Source of the DNA: Eledone cirrhosa
Lineage: Eukaryota
Reading direction: 5' to 3'
Assembly (NCBI GenBank): GCA_964016885.1
Contig: OZ024743.1
Coordinates: 93,992,001 to 94,056,000 of the forward strand
DNA length: 64,000 nt
Numbering within the stretch: the stretch's first letter is position 1; every line of letters begins with the position of its first letter. The translations under genes were made by a program, and so were the position numbers. The notes beneath the pieces were generated by a model. That model worked only from the letters and a program-made list of their open reading frames with translations. It did no database searches and had not been told where the DNA came from. Shown piece by piece: positions 39,402 to 53,078 of the stretch.

Positions 39402-40899
39402 AACCCCACAATTACTACGTAGCGGTTCTTGCACGTGACTGCTGGATCCGGATGAAACGAAGACGAAGAATTTCCTTGTGTACCGTTTTGTACCACAGAT
39501 GCGATCTCACCCTGCCTCGTTAATGTTCTATCGACACCAAAGTTCTACGTTCGGGGCAATAGAATTGAATCCAACCACCAACAACATAGCTGGATGACCG
39601 ATAATCACACCAAACCGGAGTACTGTGATCCTGGTGATTTCGAGATATACAACCACTGACACTGTTACGAAGACCAGAAAACCATACTCCATATTATTGA
39701 ACCAAGTGATTGATTGGTGCGACCAAAATAACACCACACACATATTGAACTAGGAATATTGGATCCTCCGTCAATCTCCGGGTGAGCAAAAATAGATTTC
39801 TAACTGCATTGGAATTTACGAACTTGTGCATCTGCTGTGGTGTCAAAAACAAACGCGCATGACTGCACAGATAAACAATGGACTATGCCACGTAGCTTGA
39901 ACCTGTAAGTAAATTGAAGGTTCTGTAACTCTGATACACAGATTATTTATTATTAAGATGTATAAACTTGACATAACTATTATCATCTTATATTCTCTCA
40001 ACTAATCACATTTGATCATATTTCTCTATTCCGTTTTCTCCCCCCATAATTATAATATTTTTATTTTTATTTGAAAAAATCGGTTTTTTTACATTGTGTT
40101 TTCCCCTCCAAATACTCGCTTATATTTCTTTATATATTCTCTATATATTTTTTTACATATATATTTTTTATCTTTATTATTTCCACTTTTATCCACCTTT
40201 ATATTTTACCTTATTCTTACTTTTATACCTTATTATAGTGTAATCTTCCCCATGCCTTATTATACATTATTAATTATAGATTATTATTATTACTCTTTTT
40301 CCATTTCTAATTACCTCATGTACTTTCTCCTCCGTTATATATATATATATTGTATGCCCTTTGTGTGTGTGTAGCCTCTGCACACCCTCTGCACCATACT
40401 ATCGACGCCACCCCATCTATGGTTCAGCTAACCACTCGACTCCCGGGAATGAATATGACTGCAGCTAGTAAACAAGGACCCACACCCCACCCTCCCGCAC
40501 CAAAATTAGACTTATCGTCCCCTACTTTTGCTCTTTACTCTCTTTACTCTTTGTTCTTGAATGTTTGGTTGGTAGAGTCCATAACACCAATCAAACCCCT
40601 TTTATAGCTCTGACGAATCCTATGGTTACGTAAGGAAGAAACATTGTAACCCAATAAAAATCTTTTGATGTTGTAGATGCTCTTATGTTCTTTATCATAC
40701 ATACGGCTCTGCTCCAAAGCATAGAGCTAATTATTATGCTGCCAATACCTTAATGGGACACGGGTATACAATACCTAACTCCTATTAACCTAAGTATATA
40801 TACATATATATACACAAATCCACATACATATGCATACAAAAACTTACAATTAATTAGATAGAAAAATCATAAGTACATAACCCACGTACATGCGTACAC

Positions 40900-41274
40900 A
40901 CCTCTGGTATCACGCAGTAATACAGAAGACCAGACTTCCCACAGGTACGAGCCGAAGCTGAAGCATATGGACAATATGCCCCCACCCCCTCCCACTGCAA
41001 AGTGGTTGTGGAGGTGTCACAACAAAAAAGCACCCAGCCCACACTGTAAAGAGGCCGTGTAGGTGCGACAGTAAAAAAGCCCCCAGCACTCACTGTAAAT
41101 GAGGTTGGTGTTAGGAAGGGCATCCACCTGTAGAAATCAAGCCAAAATCAGTTCCCGTATGAGCAAGACAAGGTCATTGGACCTGGCATTGCCCACAACA
41201 AGACAACTCGTCTAACCCATGTTAGCGTGGAAGAATGGGCGTAAAACGGAGGGGATGATGATGATGATGAGAGA

Positions 41275-41350
<76 letters not shown>

Positions 41351-41975
41351 AAGGAAGGTGGATGTTTGTTCTGAAATACGGTAGCCAGAGTGAGAACGGG
41401 ATATAAAAAGTTCAGGGAGCTACTAGCTACAAAAGGTTTTTCCATTAAAATAAAAGGCAGATTGTATGGTGCTTGTGTAGAAACAGCAATGTTGCATGGT
41501 AGCGAGACCTGGGCACTGTGTGCAGAGGACTTACAAAAAATGGAAAGAAATAAACTTGCATGTTCGGGTTGAAGCATACATCTAGTATGCACCACTTTCC
41601 CCTATCCTTGTACCATGCACCTCCCACACCTTAACATTCCACTCACATCCTAACAATCCACCTCTCATCCAAGTCCGTACACCCCGCTCTTTATCCCCCA
41701 CCCCAGCCCCCAGTCCACACTGTAAAGTGGGCATGCTAGAGACATGACAAAAAGTGCTCAGTCCTCACTGTAAAGTGGTTGTGTAGGTGTCACGACAAAA
41801 AGTACCCAGTACACACTGTAAATGTGGTCGGTGTTAGAAAGGGCATCCAACGATAGAAAGCAAGCCAGTCCTGTATGAGCAAGACATGGTCATCTGACCT
41901 GGCTTGTCTTACAATGGGACAACTCGTTTAACCCATGTTAGCGTGGAAAATGAACGTTAAACGGTGATGAATATG
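40900..41975 (+). mobile_element. Cluster of RTE 3' fragments separated by (GA)n
   Basis: 3' UTR plus (GAT)n at 40900-41270; coding fragment RTGYKKFRELL...MLHGSETW at 41350-41570; UTR fragment at 41715-41970. Confidence 0.85.
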
Positions 41976-42579
41976 ATATGTGTGTGTGTGTATGTGCATA
42001 TAAGTGTGTATGTGTATATGCTTGTGTGTGTGAGTGTGTGTGTGTGTGCATGCATTTATATGTGTGCATGCATGTATATGTGTGCACATGTTCACATAAC
42101 ATGGTGGTTTCAGCAAAAATAAATCGCTGAAGTAGGTACCAGAATTGAAAAGATAAGTACTGAGGCTGATATGAATGAATAAATCCCTTGAAGGTGATGG
42201 ACTGAGACCAGTGAAAGAACATAAAGATTACTCTACTTACAATTTTGCAAAACAACTCGAATAAAGAAGACTATTATCAAAACAAAGGCAATTCTCCACA
42301 TTTTTGATTGAATTAACCAACGCATCTTGCAGAATGAAACAGTATGCTAGAAATAATTCATTAAACCCTTTACTTGTAATGATCTTCACAGCTGTTACTA
42401 GAAATTTCTTTATTTTATTTTAAATAAAAGTTTCGAGACAAAAAAATCGATTCAGCATGAATATAAATTTATTTGTAATTGAATCTGTCAGATTTTGAGG
42501 ACTTTTGTATGAATTTAGAAAAAAGAATTAAAGAAATGCTTTGTTTAGATAAAAATTGGTATGAATATTATATATAATA

Positions 42580-42800
42580 TAGTAGCAATCGCCCTGCATT
42601 GCCCAGGTTACTGCTGTTCTTATTCAGATTAGTAAACAATAAATATGAAGATATGTTTTTTTTCTCATAATTATTTCAAAATATTTATATTTCAAAATAT
42701 ATATATCAAAATTGAATAATAAACATGAAGATATGTTTTTTTTTCTCATAATTATTTCAAAATATTTATATTTCAAAATATATATATAAAAATTGTAATG
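42580..42800 (-). mobile_element. Possible degenerate Helitron 3' end followed by an ~80-bp tandem duplication
   Basis: Minus strand AACCTGGGCAATGCAGGGCGATTGCTACT; ATGAAGATATG...CAAAATATATATA occurs twice. Confidence 0.4.
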
Positions 42801-43628
42801 ATAATGGGATTTAGAAATGAAAATCTGTCATTCTTGAAGCACCTTAGGGTAAACAATATTCATTGTGTAATTTTTTGTTGGTGTCCAAATGAATAAATTG
42901 TTGCTACACACTCACACATACACTCTCACATACATTCACACACATATACTAAGACAGACACACACAGGCATACATTCACGTAGACACACACACAGCCTTT
43001 CACCTCATTTTTTTGTCAGTTGTCACATATGTATATATATGTGTAGATGTGTGTGTGTGTATTTAATAACGTACGTAATGAACGTGCACACACACACTCA
43101 CAGACACATACATACTTATATACAAAATGTGACGTTGTTGTGTTGTTTTCTATTGTTTTAATCCAAATGAAAATAAAAATGATCACACATACACTTACAC
43201 ACACTCTTGTAGAAGATCACACCACCTAGCTTTGACTTTGGAGGCAGTCGATTAACTGCCCTTAGTTCTGACGTCAGTAGCTGAATACACTTTTTTCAAC
43301 TTTGTATGTTGATGCGAGCAGACGCGTTTCACTGTGGCGAAACAGCGATATTGCACCATGCGGTCACGAGATATTTGAACACCGCCACTTAATGATAATT
43401 ACGAATTACCAATCAAGGAGCAACTGATATGATAACCTGTTTTGTTTATTGCTCTGATTAAAATGCTTATGTACATATAATCTCGAGGTATGTTCTTTTT
43501 GCTTAATTGTTTACCTACACCTAACAACAAATAGAAGAGATGTTCTAGCAGCCAAGCTAGGGAAACGAACTCCCCTCTAAATCGTAAAACAACGCAGCCT
43601 TCTAAAATGGTGACCATTTCTCCTAAAG

Positions 43629-43650
43629 TGGTGACCCCGACGTGATTTGA
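43629..43650 (+). promoter_or_regulatory. Primer-binding site complementary to the tRNA-Trp 3' end
   Basis: TGGTGACCCCGACGTGATTTGA is the reverse complement of ...TCAAATCACGTCGGGGTCACCA. Confidence 0.85.
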
Positions 43651-45774
43651 CTTGTCGATTTCGGATTGTTTTTTACAAATTCTCCGGATTATTTTCCCTG
43701 TTATGGACACTTGAGAACATTTATTTTTTTTCCGTTCTTCTGCCTTTATGGATGTTGAGGGAAATTTGTGCTGTTTTCCCGTTGTTCTGAACATCTAAAG
43801 AAATTTTTGCATTCTTTTTACGTGAATATCACTTACTTTTATACGTCCAAGCTGATACAGATTGACAATGAGTGGTCCCAATTTACCTGCTTTTTCTTCA
43901 CATTCGAACCAACCCGTCTTGACGCACGAAGATGCCATGTTAAAGGCTATTGATGCTTTGACACAACAAGTCGCTCGTTTATGCAGGGAGAATAGGCCGT
44001 ATTCCCGGCGGCCTAGGAGTCGTTCGCGTTCTTTCGCGACTCCACGTCAGCATATTACTTCGCCCGCCAGCAATCCATTATTTTGCTGGTATCATGCCAC
44101 CTTCGCGGATAAGGCAAAATATTGCCGGCCTCCATGTAAATATTCAGCTTCAGGAAATGTAGATCAGAGTCACTAAAGGCGGCAAGTGAACTCTGCGAGA
44201 CACAACAGAACCACCATTTCTTCATAGAGGACCTCCTGTTTGGAAGAGCCTTCCTCGTAGACACAGGAGCTTCGTGCAGTATTTGGCCTGTTAATTGTAT
44301 GACAGTAACTCCTCCCGAGTCGTCGATTGAATTGCAAGCTGTCAACCAGTCACCAATCCGAACTTTTGGACAGATCTCGCTTCCTCTTCAGTTTCAAAAT
44401 CTTCGTCGGGATTTCAAATGGGTTTTCACTGTTGCCAACCTGCCATACCCGATTTTGGACGCGGACTTCCTATACCATTTTTCTTTGACGGTGGACGTCT
44501 GTCACCAACGCCTAGTCGACCACATTACTGGTTTTTCTCTTCGTGGCCAGAAAGCTAATTTTTCCAACGGTTAGGCCGACTTTTTCATCGCTACCTCCGG
44601 AAACACATATCATGGATTGTTGAAATCGTTCCCGCAGCTGACTCCTGGAAATTTTAGAGCCACTGATCCGAACAACGCCACGGAGCATTTCATTACTACT
44701 ACTAGCGCTCCGGTTTTTTCGCGTCCCCGTCGATTGCCAGCGGACAAACTGAAAGCAGTTCGATCATATGCTGCAGCTCGGAATTATTCGTCCTTCCACG
44801 AATCCGTGGGCATCTCGATTACATACTGTGACAAAATCTTCTGGCGATTGGAGACCCACAGGGGATTATAGACGATTGAACTCGATGACCGAACCGGATC
44901 GGTATCCTATCCCCCATCTGCAGGATTTTGCATCCTCGTTGCAAGCTTGTAACATTTTTTCGAAACTCGATTTGATACGAGCCTACAACCAGATTCCTGT
45001 CAACAGAGACGACATCCCGAAAACGGTTATAACTACGCCATTTGGATCTTTTGAATTCTCACCATGCCTTTCGGGTTAAGAAATACTGCTAGCACCTTCC
45101 AGCGATTTATGGATGAGGTCACTCGCGGCCTCGATTTTGTATACACATATATTGATGATCTTCTTGTTGCGAGCTCTTCTCCAGAGCAGCATTTGCGCCA
45201 TCTGGAACTTCTATTTTATCGTTTGAAGGATTACAATGTTCGGATTAATCCATCCAAATGTGTTTTTGGTTCCGAATCTCTGAATTTTTTGGGCCACGTC
45301 ATTGATGCTGACGGTATTCGACCTATTCCTGAGAGAGTTAAAGCTATGGAAGATTTGCCTCCACCAACCTCACTCCGTCAGTTGCGCCAATTCTTGGGGC
45401 TGATTAATTTTTATAGGCGGTTTGTGCCTAATTGTGCTAAGCTACTCTTCTCTTTGACGGAAATTTTGAAAAATTGCCGAAAGAAAAATAAAGACATTTC
45501 TTTGAATGAAACTCAGCTCGAGGATTTTGAGAATGCGAAAATTGCTCTAGCCAATGCATCTTTGCTGGCTCAACCAGTGTCCAATGCTAAGCTTTCGCTT
45601 TGTGTTGATGCGTCGGATACTGCCGTGGGCGCAGTTTTGCAACAAAGTAGGAACAATCAACAGCAACCATTGGAATTTTTCTCCAGGAAGCTGAAACCTG
45701 CCGAAACCCGCTACAGCACCTTTGGACGGGAGTTGTTAGCTATATACTTATCGGTGAAGCATTTTTCGCACATG

Positions 45775-46232
45775 TGTAGCGCTCTCTAAACAAGGGAAGT
45801 AGCTGGAGTTACTTCCCGTTGAAATTCCAGAACCTTCTTTGTAACTTCCGTCCAGGGAACTATAAAGGAGAGAGCTCAAAGCTATCTCTCTTTTTCACCT
45901 CTTGGCCGCCTGGTCTTAAGGCCAGGCATGGTTACGCCAAAGGTATACTCTCTTTTGGAGCCTTCCTTCGAATTGACAACACTGAAGACAAGCATGTTAA
46001 CTTTTCTCTAACCACCTATCATGGATCTGGACTATACCTAATTATGTACGAGAATATTTGTTTACAACAATTATAACGTGGAGCTACAATAAAATGAAGA
46101 CTTATATTTGATACTCGTTCCGAGAAACTGCTTACGTTTTATCATTACCTTTGTAATGGGAATTAACTCTCATTCGACATGGTGTTATGTAAAAATCTCT
46201 TATACTTACTTTCATTGAGACAGAACACTAAA
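45775..46232. mobile_element. Solo LTR inserted in the Gypsy RNase H domain
   Basis: CATG target-site duplication (45771-74 and 46233-36), TGTAGCG...CACTAAA ends, internal AATAAA. Removal restores KHFSHMLEGRMFTIFTDHKPL. Confidence 0.88.
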
Positions 46233-48173
46233 CATGCTTGAAGGAAGAATGTTCACCATCTTCACGGACCACAAGCCGTTAACATTCGCCTTGCAAGCAA
46301 AGGCCGACAAATACTCGCCCAGAGAAACTAGACATCTCGACCTCATCTCTCAATTTACTAATGATATTCAACATATTCCGGGTTCTATGAATACAGCGGC
46401 CGACGCCCTGTTTCGTTTGCCGATCGCTTCGATCTCGTCGCCCGATGAGATAGATTTGAATCGCTTGGCAGCCGATCAGCCTACCCTCGAATCGTTGGAT
46501 GTTACATCGTCTGAATTTGTGAATTGCAGGATGAAATACCTACCATCATCGACCGCAGACGGATCCTCTGCGACGTTTCTTTGGATGCGCCACGCCCTTT
46601 TGTTCCGTTAAACCATCGTCGAACTGTGTTTCTTGTTTTACACGGTATTTCACATCCTGGATCTTCTGCCACAGTAAAACTCATAACGGCTAGATTCTTC
46701 TGGCCAAATATGAGACGTGATATTACTGTTTGGTGCTGTTCCTGTGTTGCTTGCCAGAAATCAAAAGTTCACAGGCATGTTAAGACTCCTCTAGGTACCT
46801 TTAGTAACCCAGGCGCTCGGTTTCTCCACATTCATGTGGACATCGTGGGACCTTAGCCAATCAGCGGTGGTCATAATTACATATTGACTGTTATCGATCG
46901 TTTTTCGCGATGGCCTGAAGCCATCCCCTTGAAAGATATCACTGCTGAGACGACAGCGCGTGCCCTTGTGTCTGGATGGATCGCTCGATATGGAGTACCA
47001 ACGTCAATTACCACGGACCGTGGAAGGTAGTTTGAATCAAATCTCTTCCATGGATTAACGAAAATCATCGGCGCTAAACGCTACCGAACGACTGCATATC
47101 ATCTTGCCTCTAATGGAATGGTGGAGCGCTTCCACCGACAACTGAAAGCCGCTATACGGATTTCTCCTGACTCTACGCGTTGGAGCGAGTACCTCCCTAT
47201 TGTGTTGTTGGGGATTCGGTCAATAATAAAGGAGGACCTTGGGTTCTCCCTGGCCGAATTATTGTATGGTGCTCCTCTAGCGTTACCTGGGAAAATGCTT
47301 GCCCTGTCGATCTTACTGCACAGGATCCGCTTTCCTACGTATCCCTTCTGCGTTCCTATTTTCAGGACCTGCCGCCGATGGACACGAGGAAGCAAACTGT
47401 AAAACCTGCAGTCCCGAGGGATATTTCCTTGTGGACCCATGTGTTCGTGAGAAACGATGCTGTGAGACAACCTCTCACACAACCGTACTCTGGACCCTAC
47501 CGTGTATTAGCTCGTTCCGAGAAACATTTCGCTGTAGACATTAAGGGTTCCAGAGAGACGGTTTCTGTTGAACGACTCAAACGAGCACATTTGGACACAG
47601 CCGCTATCACACCTGAGCCACAAACGCCCCCGTCTTTTTCTTTCGCACACACACCTGCTTCTTCGCCCCCCACCCCCCATCCCCCACCACCAAGATATAA
47701 GACTACGACCCGTTCCGGTCGGAGGGTTCATTGGCCCCCAAAACTGTGTAGTACTGTATATTTTTAAGCTGCTATTGGGCGGCGCTTTAATCCTATATTT
47801 CCTATTTGAACTATTTGAACTTTTAAAATTTGTATTTACATTTTATTATAATTTTTTTTCTTTCTCGTTCTTTCATGCTTGTTTCATATGTTCTTTTGAA
47901 ATTTGTTGTGCCCTTCATGCTCGGTTGGACTGATTGCTCCTTGGTTTGGGGTTTTTGGTAGTTACTCATCGTTTTTCTACATACAAGGTCCGATGAACCA
48001 TTCTTCTACATCTAATTTCCTTAAGGACCACCAGATAATAGATCGAGTTACTCTGTGAAAGGCCTTTTCTAGATCAACAAAAGTTAAATATAGTGGCTTA
48101 TTCTGGTTGACTTGTGCATTTGTCAGACAGTATGATTAATAATTTCATGTATTAATCAAAATATTAATATATA

Positions 48174-49686
48174 TCATCATCACCGTTTTACGCCCGTTCT
48201 TCGATGTTAGCATGGGTTAGACGGGTTGTCCTGTTGTGGGCAGTGTCCGGTCGGCTGACATTGTCTTCCTCATACAGGAACTGATTCTGGCTTGATTTCT
48301 ACAGCTGGATGCCCTTCCCAACACCAACCTCATTTACAGTGAATGCTGGGGGCTTTTTTTCTGTGGCACCTACACGTCCACTTTACAGTGTGGACTGGAT
48401 GCTTTTTTGCTGTGGTACCTCCACGACCACTTTGCAGCGGGAGGAGTGGGGACATATTGTCTATATGCTTCATCTTCGGCTTGTACCCTTGCGAAGTCGG
48501 GTCTTCTGTATTACAGCGTGACGCCAGAGGTCATGGTCGTGTGTCATCGCCTTTGAGAGGTGTAAGGTCAGCTTTTATCACCTCATCCCAGGTCTTCTTG
48601 GATCTCCCCACTCTGTGGCTTCCATCGACTTCTAGTGCTCTGCACCTTTTTATGCAGTTGTCATCCTTCATATGCATCACATGTCCATAACAACACAACC
48701 TCCTCTCCTGCACACAACATTTGATTCCTCTTATGCCCAGTCTCTCTCTCAGTTCGTTTATGCTTTGCTGTTCGCGTATATTACTATTACACATCTATTG
48801 GAGCATGCAGGCTTCGTTTCTTTCTAATCTACGCAAGTCTTCTACAGACAGCGCCCAGATCTCACTACCATGTAACATTGCTGTTCGTATACACGTATCA
48901 TACAATCTGCCTTTCATTTTGAGGAGAAAGCCTTTTGCAGCTAGCAGTGGCAGTAGCTCCCTGAATTTCTTCCATCCCATTCCTACCCTGGTTACTGTAC
49001 TTTCAGAACACCCACCTCCGTTGCTAATTTGGTCACCTAGGTATCAGAAGCTGTCTACTCTTTCTACAGAGCCCTCCCAGAGTTTGGTGGTACTTGTTTC
49101 CTGCGGCCATTTTCTGTCCCAGTGCAGCTGCTACATGTGAAGCCTACATTCTTAGTTAAGCTTCCTGAGATCCCACAACATCTCTTGTGTAACCATTGTT
49201 TGCATTTGGGGCAGAGGATGGAGTTCCTACCTACACCTTTCCTACAAACTGAGCAAGGCCATTTCCCTGAGGGGATCTGGGTTCTGTTTTCTCATCTACT
49301 TAGTCTTTGTCGGGTTGACTTTGAGACCCTTTTTTTCTAGTCCCTGCTTCCATGTTTGGAATTTATTCTTTAGGTCCACCATAGCTATAAATGTGAGATC
49401 ATCCGTATATAGAAGTTCCCATAGGAATCCGGTCTTAAACTCCTCCGTTATTGCCTGCAATACTTTAATGAACAGGAGAGGGCTAAGAACAGAGCCCTAG
49501 TGGACACCGACCCGTATGCTAAATTCCTCGCTATAGTCATTGCTAACCCTAACTTTGCTGACTGCTCCCCTATACATGGCTTGTACAGCTTTCACAAGCC
49601 ATTCATCTACTCCTAGTTTTCTAAGAGCCCACCAGATTATAGCACGGGGAACTCTGTCAAAGGCTTTTTCCAGATCAACAAATGGC

Positions 49687-49687
<1 letters not shown>
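48174..49687 (-). mobile_element. RTE-clade LINE, 5'-truncated (same family as 35423)
   Basis: FVDLEKAFDRVPR through the 3' UTR and (GAT)n tail. Confidence 0.95.
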
Positions 49688-49728
<41 letters not shown>

Positions 49729-49751
49729 GCAATAAACAACGCAATATAATT

Positions 49752-49824
49752 ATTCCATTACCCAAGGTTTCACGAAGTTAGACAATTATAACAGAAACTT
49801 CTGATATTGTTCATCAGAAGGAAT
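49752..49824 (-). ncRNA. Hammerhead-like motif (inverted arm)
   Basis: ATTCCTT-CTGATGA...GAAAC-CTTGG-GTA-ATGGAAT. Confidence 0.6.
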
Positions 49825-50549
49825 CTTTATTTGGATATAAGATATGAAATTAAAACCTTTCATAAATGAAAGTGAGGCGGAAATAAAATAACGGAAAAAA
49901 TTCATATACACATAGAATCAGATATACATAGATGCGCACAACGTAAAATTAGGATAAAGGTATATCATCATCATCATCATCGTTTAACGTCCATTTTCTA
50001 CGCTAGCATGAGTCTGGATATATATATATATATATACACACACACATAGACACACTTATATGAAGATGTACATATACACATACATACATACATACAAACA
50101 TTCATATATATTAATATATCAGAAAGGCACTAAAAAATGTTCTTTGTGCATCACCAAGAAATATTGAATACTACAAAATCTAAAATCTCTTAATACATGT
50201 CTCAATTCTAAAACTGAGATCTTCAGAAGTTGTCCACACATGAAATCACATTTACTTTCCTGTTGGAATAAACATAATATATATTTGGATACTCAACCAC
50301 GCTGAACTTTTTTCAATTATGAAATAGCACTTACACTCACTACCCTGAACTTTTCTTCTTTATGAACACATACATTTAACTATAACCATAACACACACAA
50401 AAAAACACTTACATATTCTTTATTATACCTTTAACACACACACATTGACTACTCTCATTTCTTCCACTTTTCATACTCAATAAGACGCTTTGAACACTCC
50501 TGATTTCTATTTAACACTTATATAATTATACTATAAAGCACTGCTCTTA

Positions 50550-52665
50550 ACACTCCTGATATATCTGACCATCGTATGGTGAGCACAAGATTTCGCATCA
50601 ACTTTGGCCACAAAGAACTTAGTATCGAAAGAACTTTCATGTAACGAAACAGCAAGCCGATTTAAACTCAAGTTGCAAAACCACTTTTCAGCTTTACAAT
50701 CTGTGAAGACCCTGACAAGATTTATGATACTATCTTCAGAGGCCTAAAAGAGGTATCTGAAGAGATTTTACCTAAGGAAAGCCTTTCCATTGCACAATGG
50801 ATGTCACAACAAACAAAGAAAGCAATATCTGAAAAACATAGAATCAGAAGAGAATGTGGCCACACATCAGCCCAATATAGAATAGCGAAGGCTGAATCCC
50901 AAAAATGCGTTAAATCAGACAAACTTAAGCAAATGTATATCAAGAAGCTGAATAACCTACCACCCAACAGGTTATATCATGCTGTTCTGAAGAAACTAAA
51001 GACTAAACCAAGAAATCTTAGTTGGGGCATTAAAGATTCAAATAATATTATCCTTACTTCCAAAGATGGTATGCTTGAATGCTGGGTTAAATTCTATGAA
51101 GAACTGTACTTCAGCAACTAAGAACAAACAACCATTCATGATTCAACATCAGATGCCATTCCATCTATCTTGGCTAGTGAGATATCTCATGTCATCAAAA
51201 ATTTGAAGGGAGGAAAAAACCCTTGACTGGACAACATATACTCAGAATTCATCAAAGCTGGAGGTGAACCAATTTTCAAAGCACTTCAACGTCGCTTTAA
51301 CTGTATTATCACTACAGGAAAAAGCCCAGACATGTTCAAGAAAGCCTTGATAGTTGTACTCTACAAAAAAGGAAGCAGACTTGATTGTGGGAATGATCGT
51401 CCTATCAGCTTACTGAGTCACGTTTACAAGCTTTTCATGAGTACCATTGCAGCACAAGTGAAGTCAGACAGTTTCACCTCATTTCCTGAAATAAAGCTGC
51501 GTATCAACCTGGAAGAAGCACCATTGAGCAGATCCTAGCTATTGAACAAATCATTGAGAAACAATAGAATTCAACACCCTGTGCACATCACCTTCATTGA
51601 TTTCACAAAAGCTTTTGACAACGTGAAACTACCCAGCTTGTGGCAACTCTTAAACATGACCTCAATTAACAAAAAATATATCAACCTACAGAAAGAAACT
51701 TACACCAACTCAACAGCATATATCAAAACAAACTTGGGAACTACACACTGTATAGACATCTTGAAGGGAGTTAAGCAGGGGGATGTACTATCAGCACTTC
51801 TTTTCTGTACAGTTATAGCTGCACTTATTTACCAAACAGAAGAAGAATGTTCCTCTGGCTATCAAATAGGAGGTAAAATCCTATCAAATCTTAGTTACGC
51901 AGACAATCTGCCCATCATAAGTTACTCTAGAACTGATGTGCAAGACTTTCTGAATGTACTGGTCAAATATTCGCTGGAGGCTGGCTTACACATCAACATC
52001 TCCAAAACAAAATGTATGACAACTGATAAAAACAATGCCAATCTCCAACCAGCAAATTGCTCAAGTTACGGTGTTTGTATATCACGGTCACAAACTATCA
52101 TCAAACAACAATGGAATGGTTGCTGCACAATATCGAATCGCTCTAGGTTGGGCAGCTTTCAACAAGAACAAGGAAATTCTAACATCAAAACGAGTTTCCC
52201 ATCATTTGAAGGCTAAGATCTTCAATACTTACATCCAACCAGTTGTGTTATATGGTCTTGACTGTTAATTGAACGACAAGGTCACCTCAGAAGCTCTCTA
52301 TATTCCAGAACCACATCATGAGACTTATGACTGGCAAGCGGCTCAGCGACCGTATCTGTATCAGTGAGCTGCTCAACATTACCAAACTTAGACCAATTAC
52401 ATCAATTGTCAAGTCAAGAGTACTCAAACTATACGGCCATATAAAAAGATCAACTCGTGGTGTGAGTAGGTTATGTCTGGAAGGAAGGTTGGCTGGTAAG
52501 AGAAGCAGAGGCCGGCAGCCAAAACGATGGCTTGACAATATCAATTTATGAACTGGACTCGATCTTCGCTCTTTAAATTCTGCTGCTGGTGATCAAACTT
52601 TGTGGAGAGAGATATCACATGTTAATGCGCAGTCTGCAACTGGCGAAGTTTAGCGTCACAAGAAG
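50550..52665 (+). mobile_element. Second RTE-like LINE family, degenerate ORF2
   Basis: APE SDH motif at 50564, RPISLLSHVYKLF, FIDFTKAFD, GVKQGDVLS, LSYADN, GKRSRGRQPKRWLDNI. Confidence 0.93.
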
Positions 52666-53005
52666 ATATTATATTCTTTACACATATCTCTTACCAATTC
52701 TTTATTAGAACACTGAGAACTCTTCTCTACAAATTACTTAACATATTCATAGATACATATGAATATCTTTTAAGTACTTATATATTTTTTTCTATGGTTG
52801 AATTTACAAGTGTGTATGTGTGTATATATATTTACCTTATATGTACGTGATTATTCATATATATATATCTTTATCCCTAATTTTACGTTGTACATATCTA
52901 TGTATATCTGAACCTGTGTGTCCATGAATTTTTTTCCGTTATTTTATTTAAGCCTCACTTTCATTTATAATAGATTTTAATTTCATATCTTATATCCAAA
53001 TAAAG

Positions 53006-53078
53006 ATTCCTTCTGATGAACAATATCAGACGTTTCTGTTAGAATCGTCTAACTTCATGAAACCTTGAGTAATGGAAT
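53006..53078 (+). ncRNA. Hammerhead-like motif at a Penelope-like 3' end
   Basis: ATTCCTT-CTGATGA, extended stem II containing AGACG/CGTCT, GAAAC-CTTGA-GTA-ATGGAAT. Confidence 0.62.

Larger units (their letters stand above)
43208..47786 (+). mobile_element. Ty3/Gypsy LTR retrotransposon, decayed (5' LTR 43208-43627; no 3' LTR seen)
   Basis: TGTAG start; gag knuckle CWYH..F...A..C..PC; protease FLVDTGA; RT YIDD; RNase H DASD/TDHKPL; integrase HxxxH...CxxC, HVDIVGP; PR-RT-RH-IN order; stops and frameshifts. Confidence 0.96.

Noticed and set aside
47787-48170. 3' LTR of the Gypsy element
   Set aside because: No similarity to 43208-43627.
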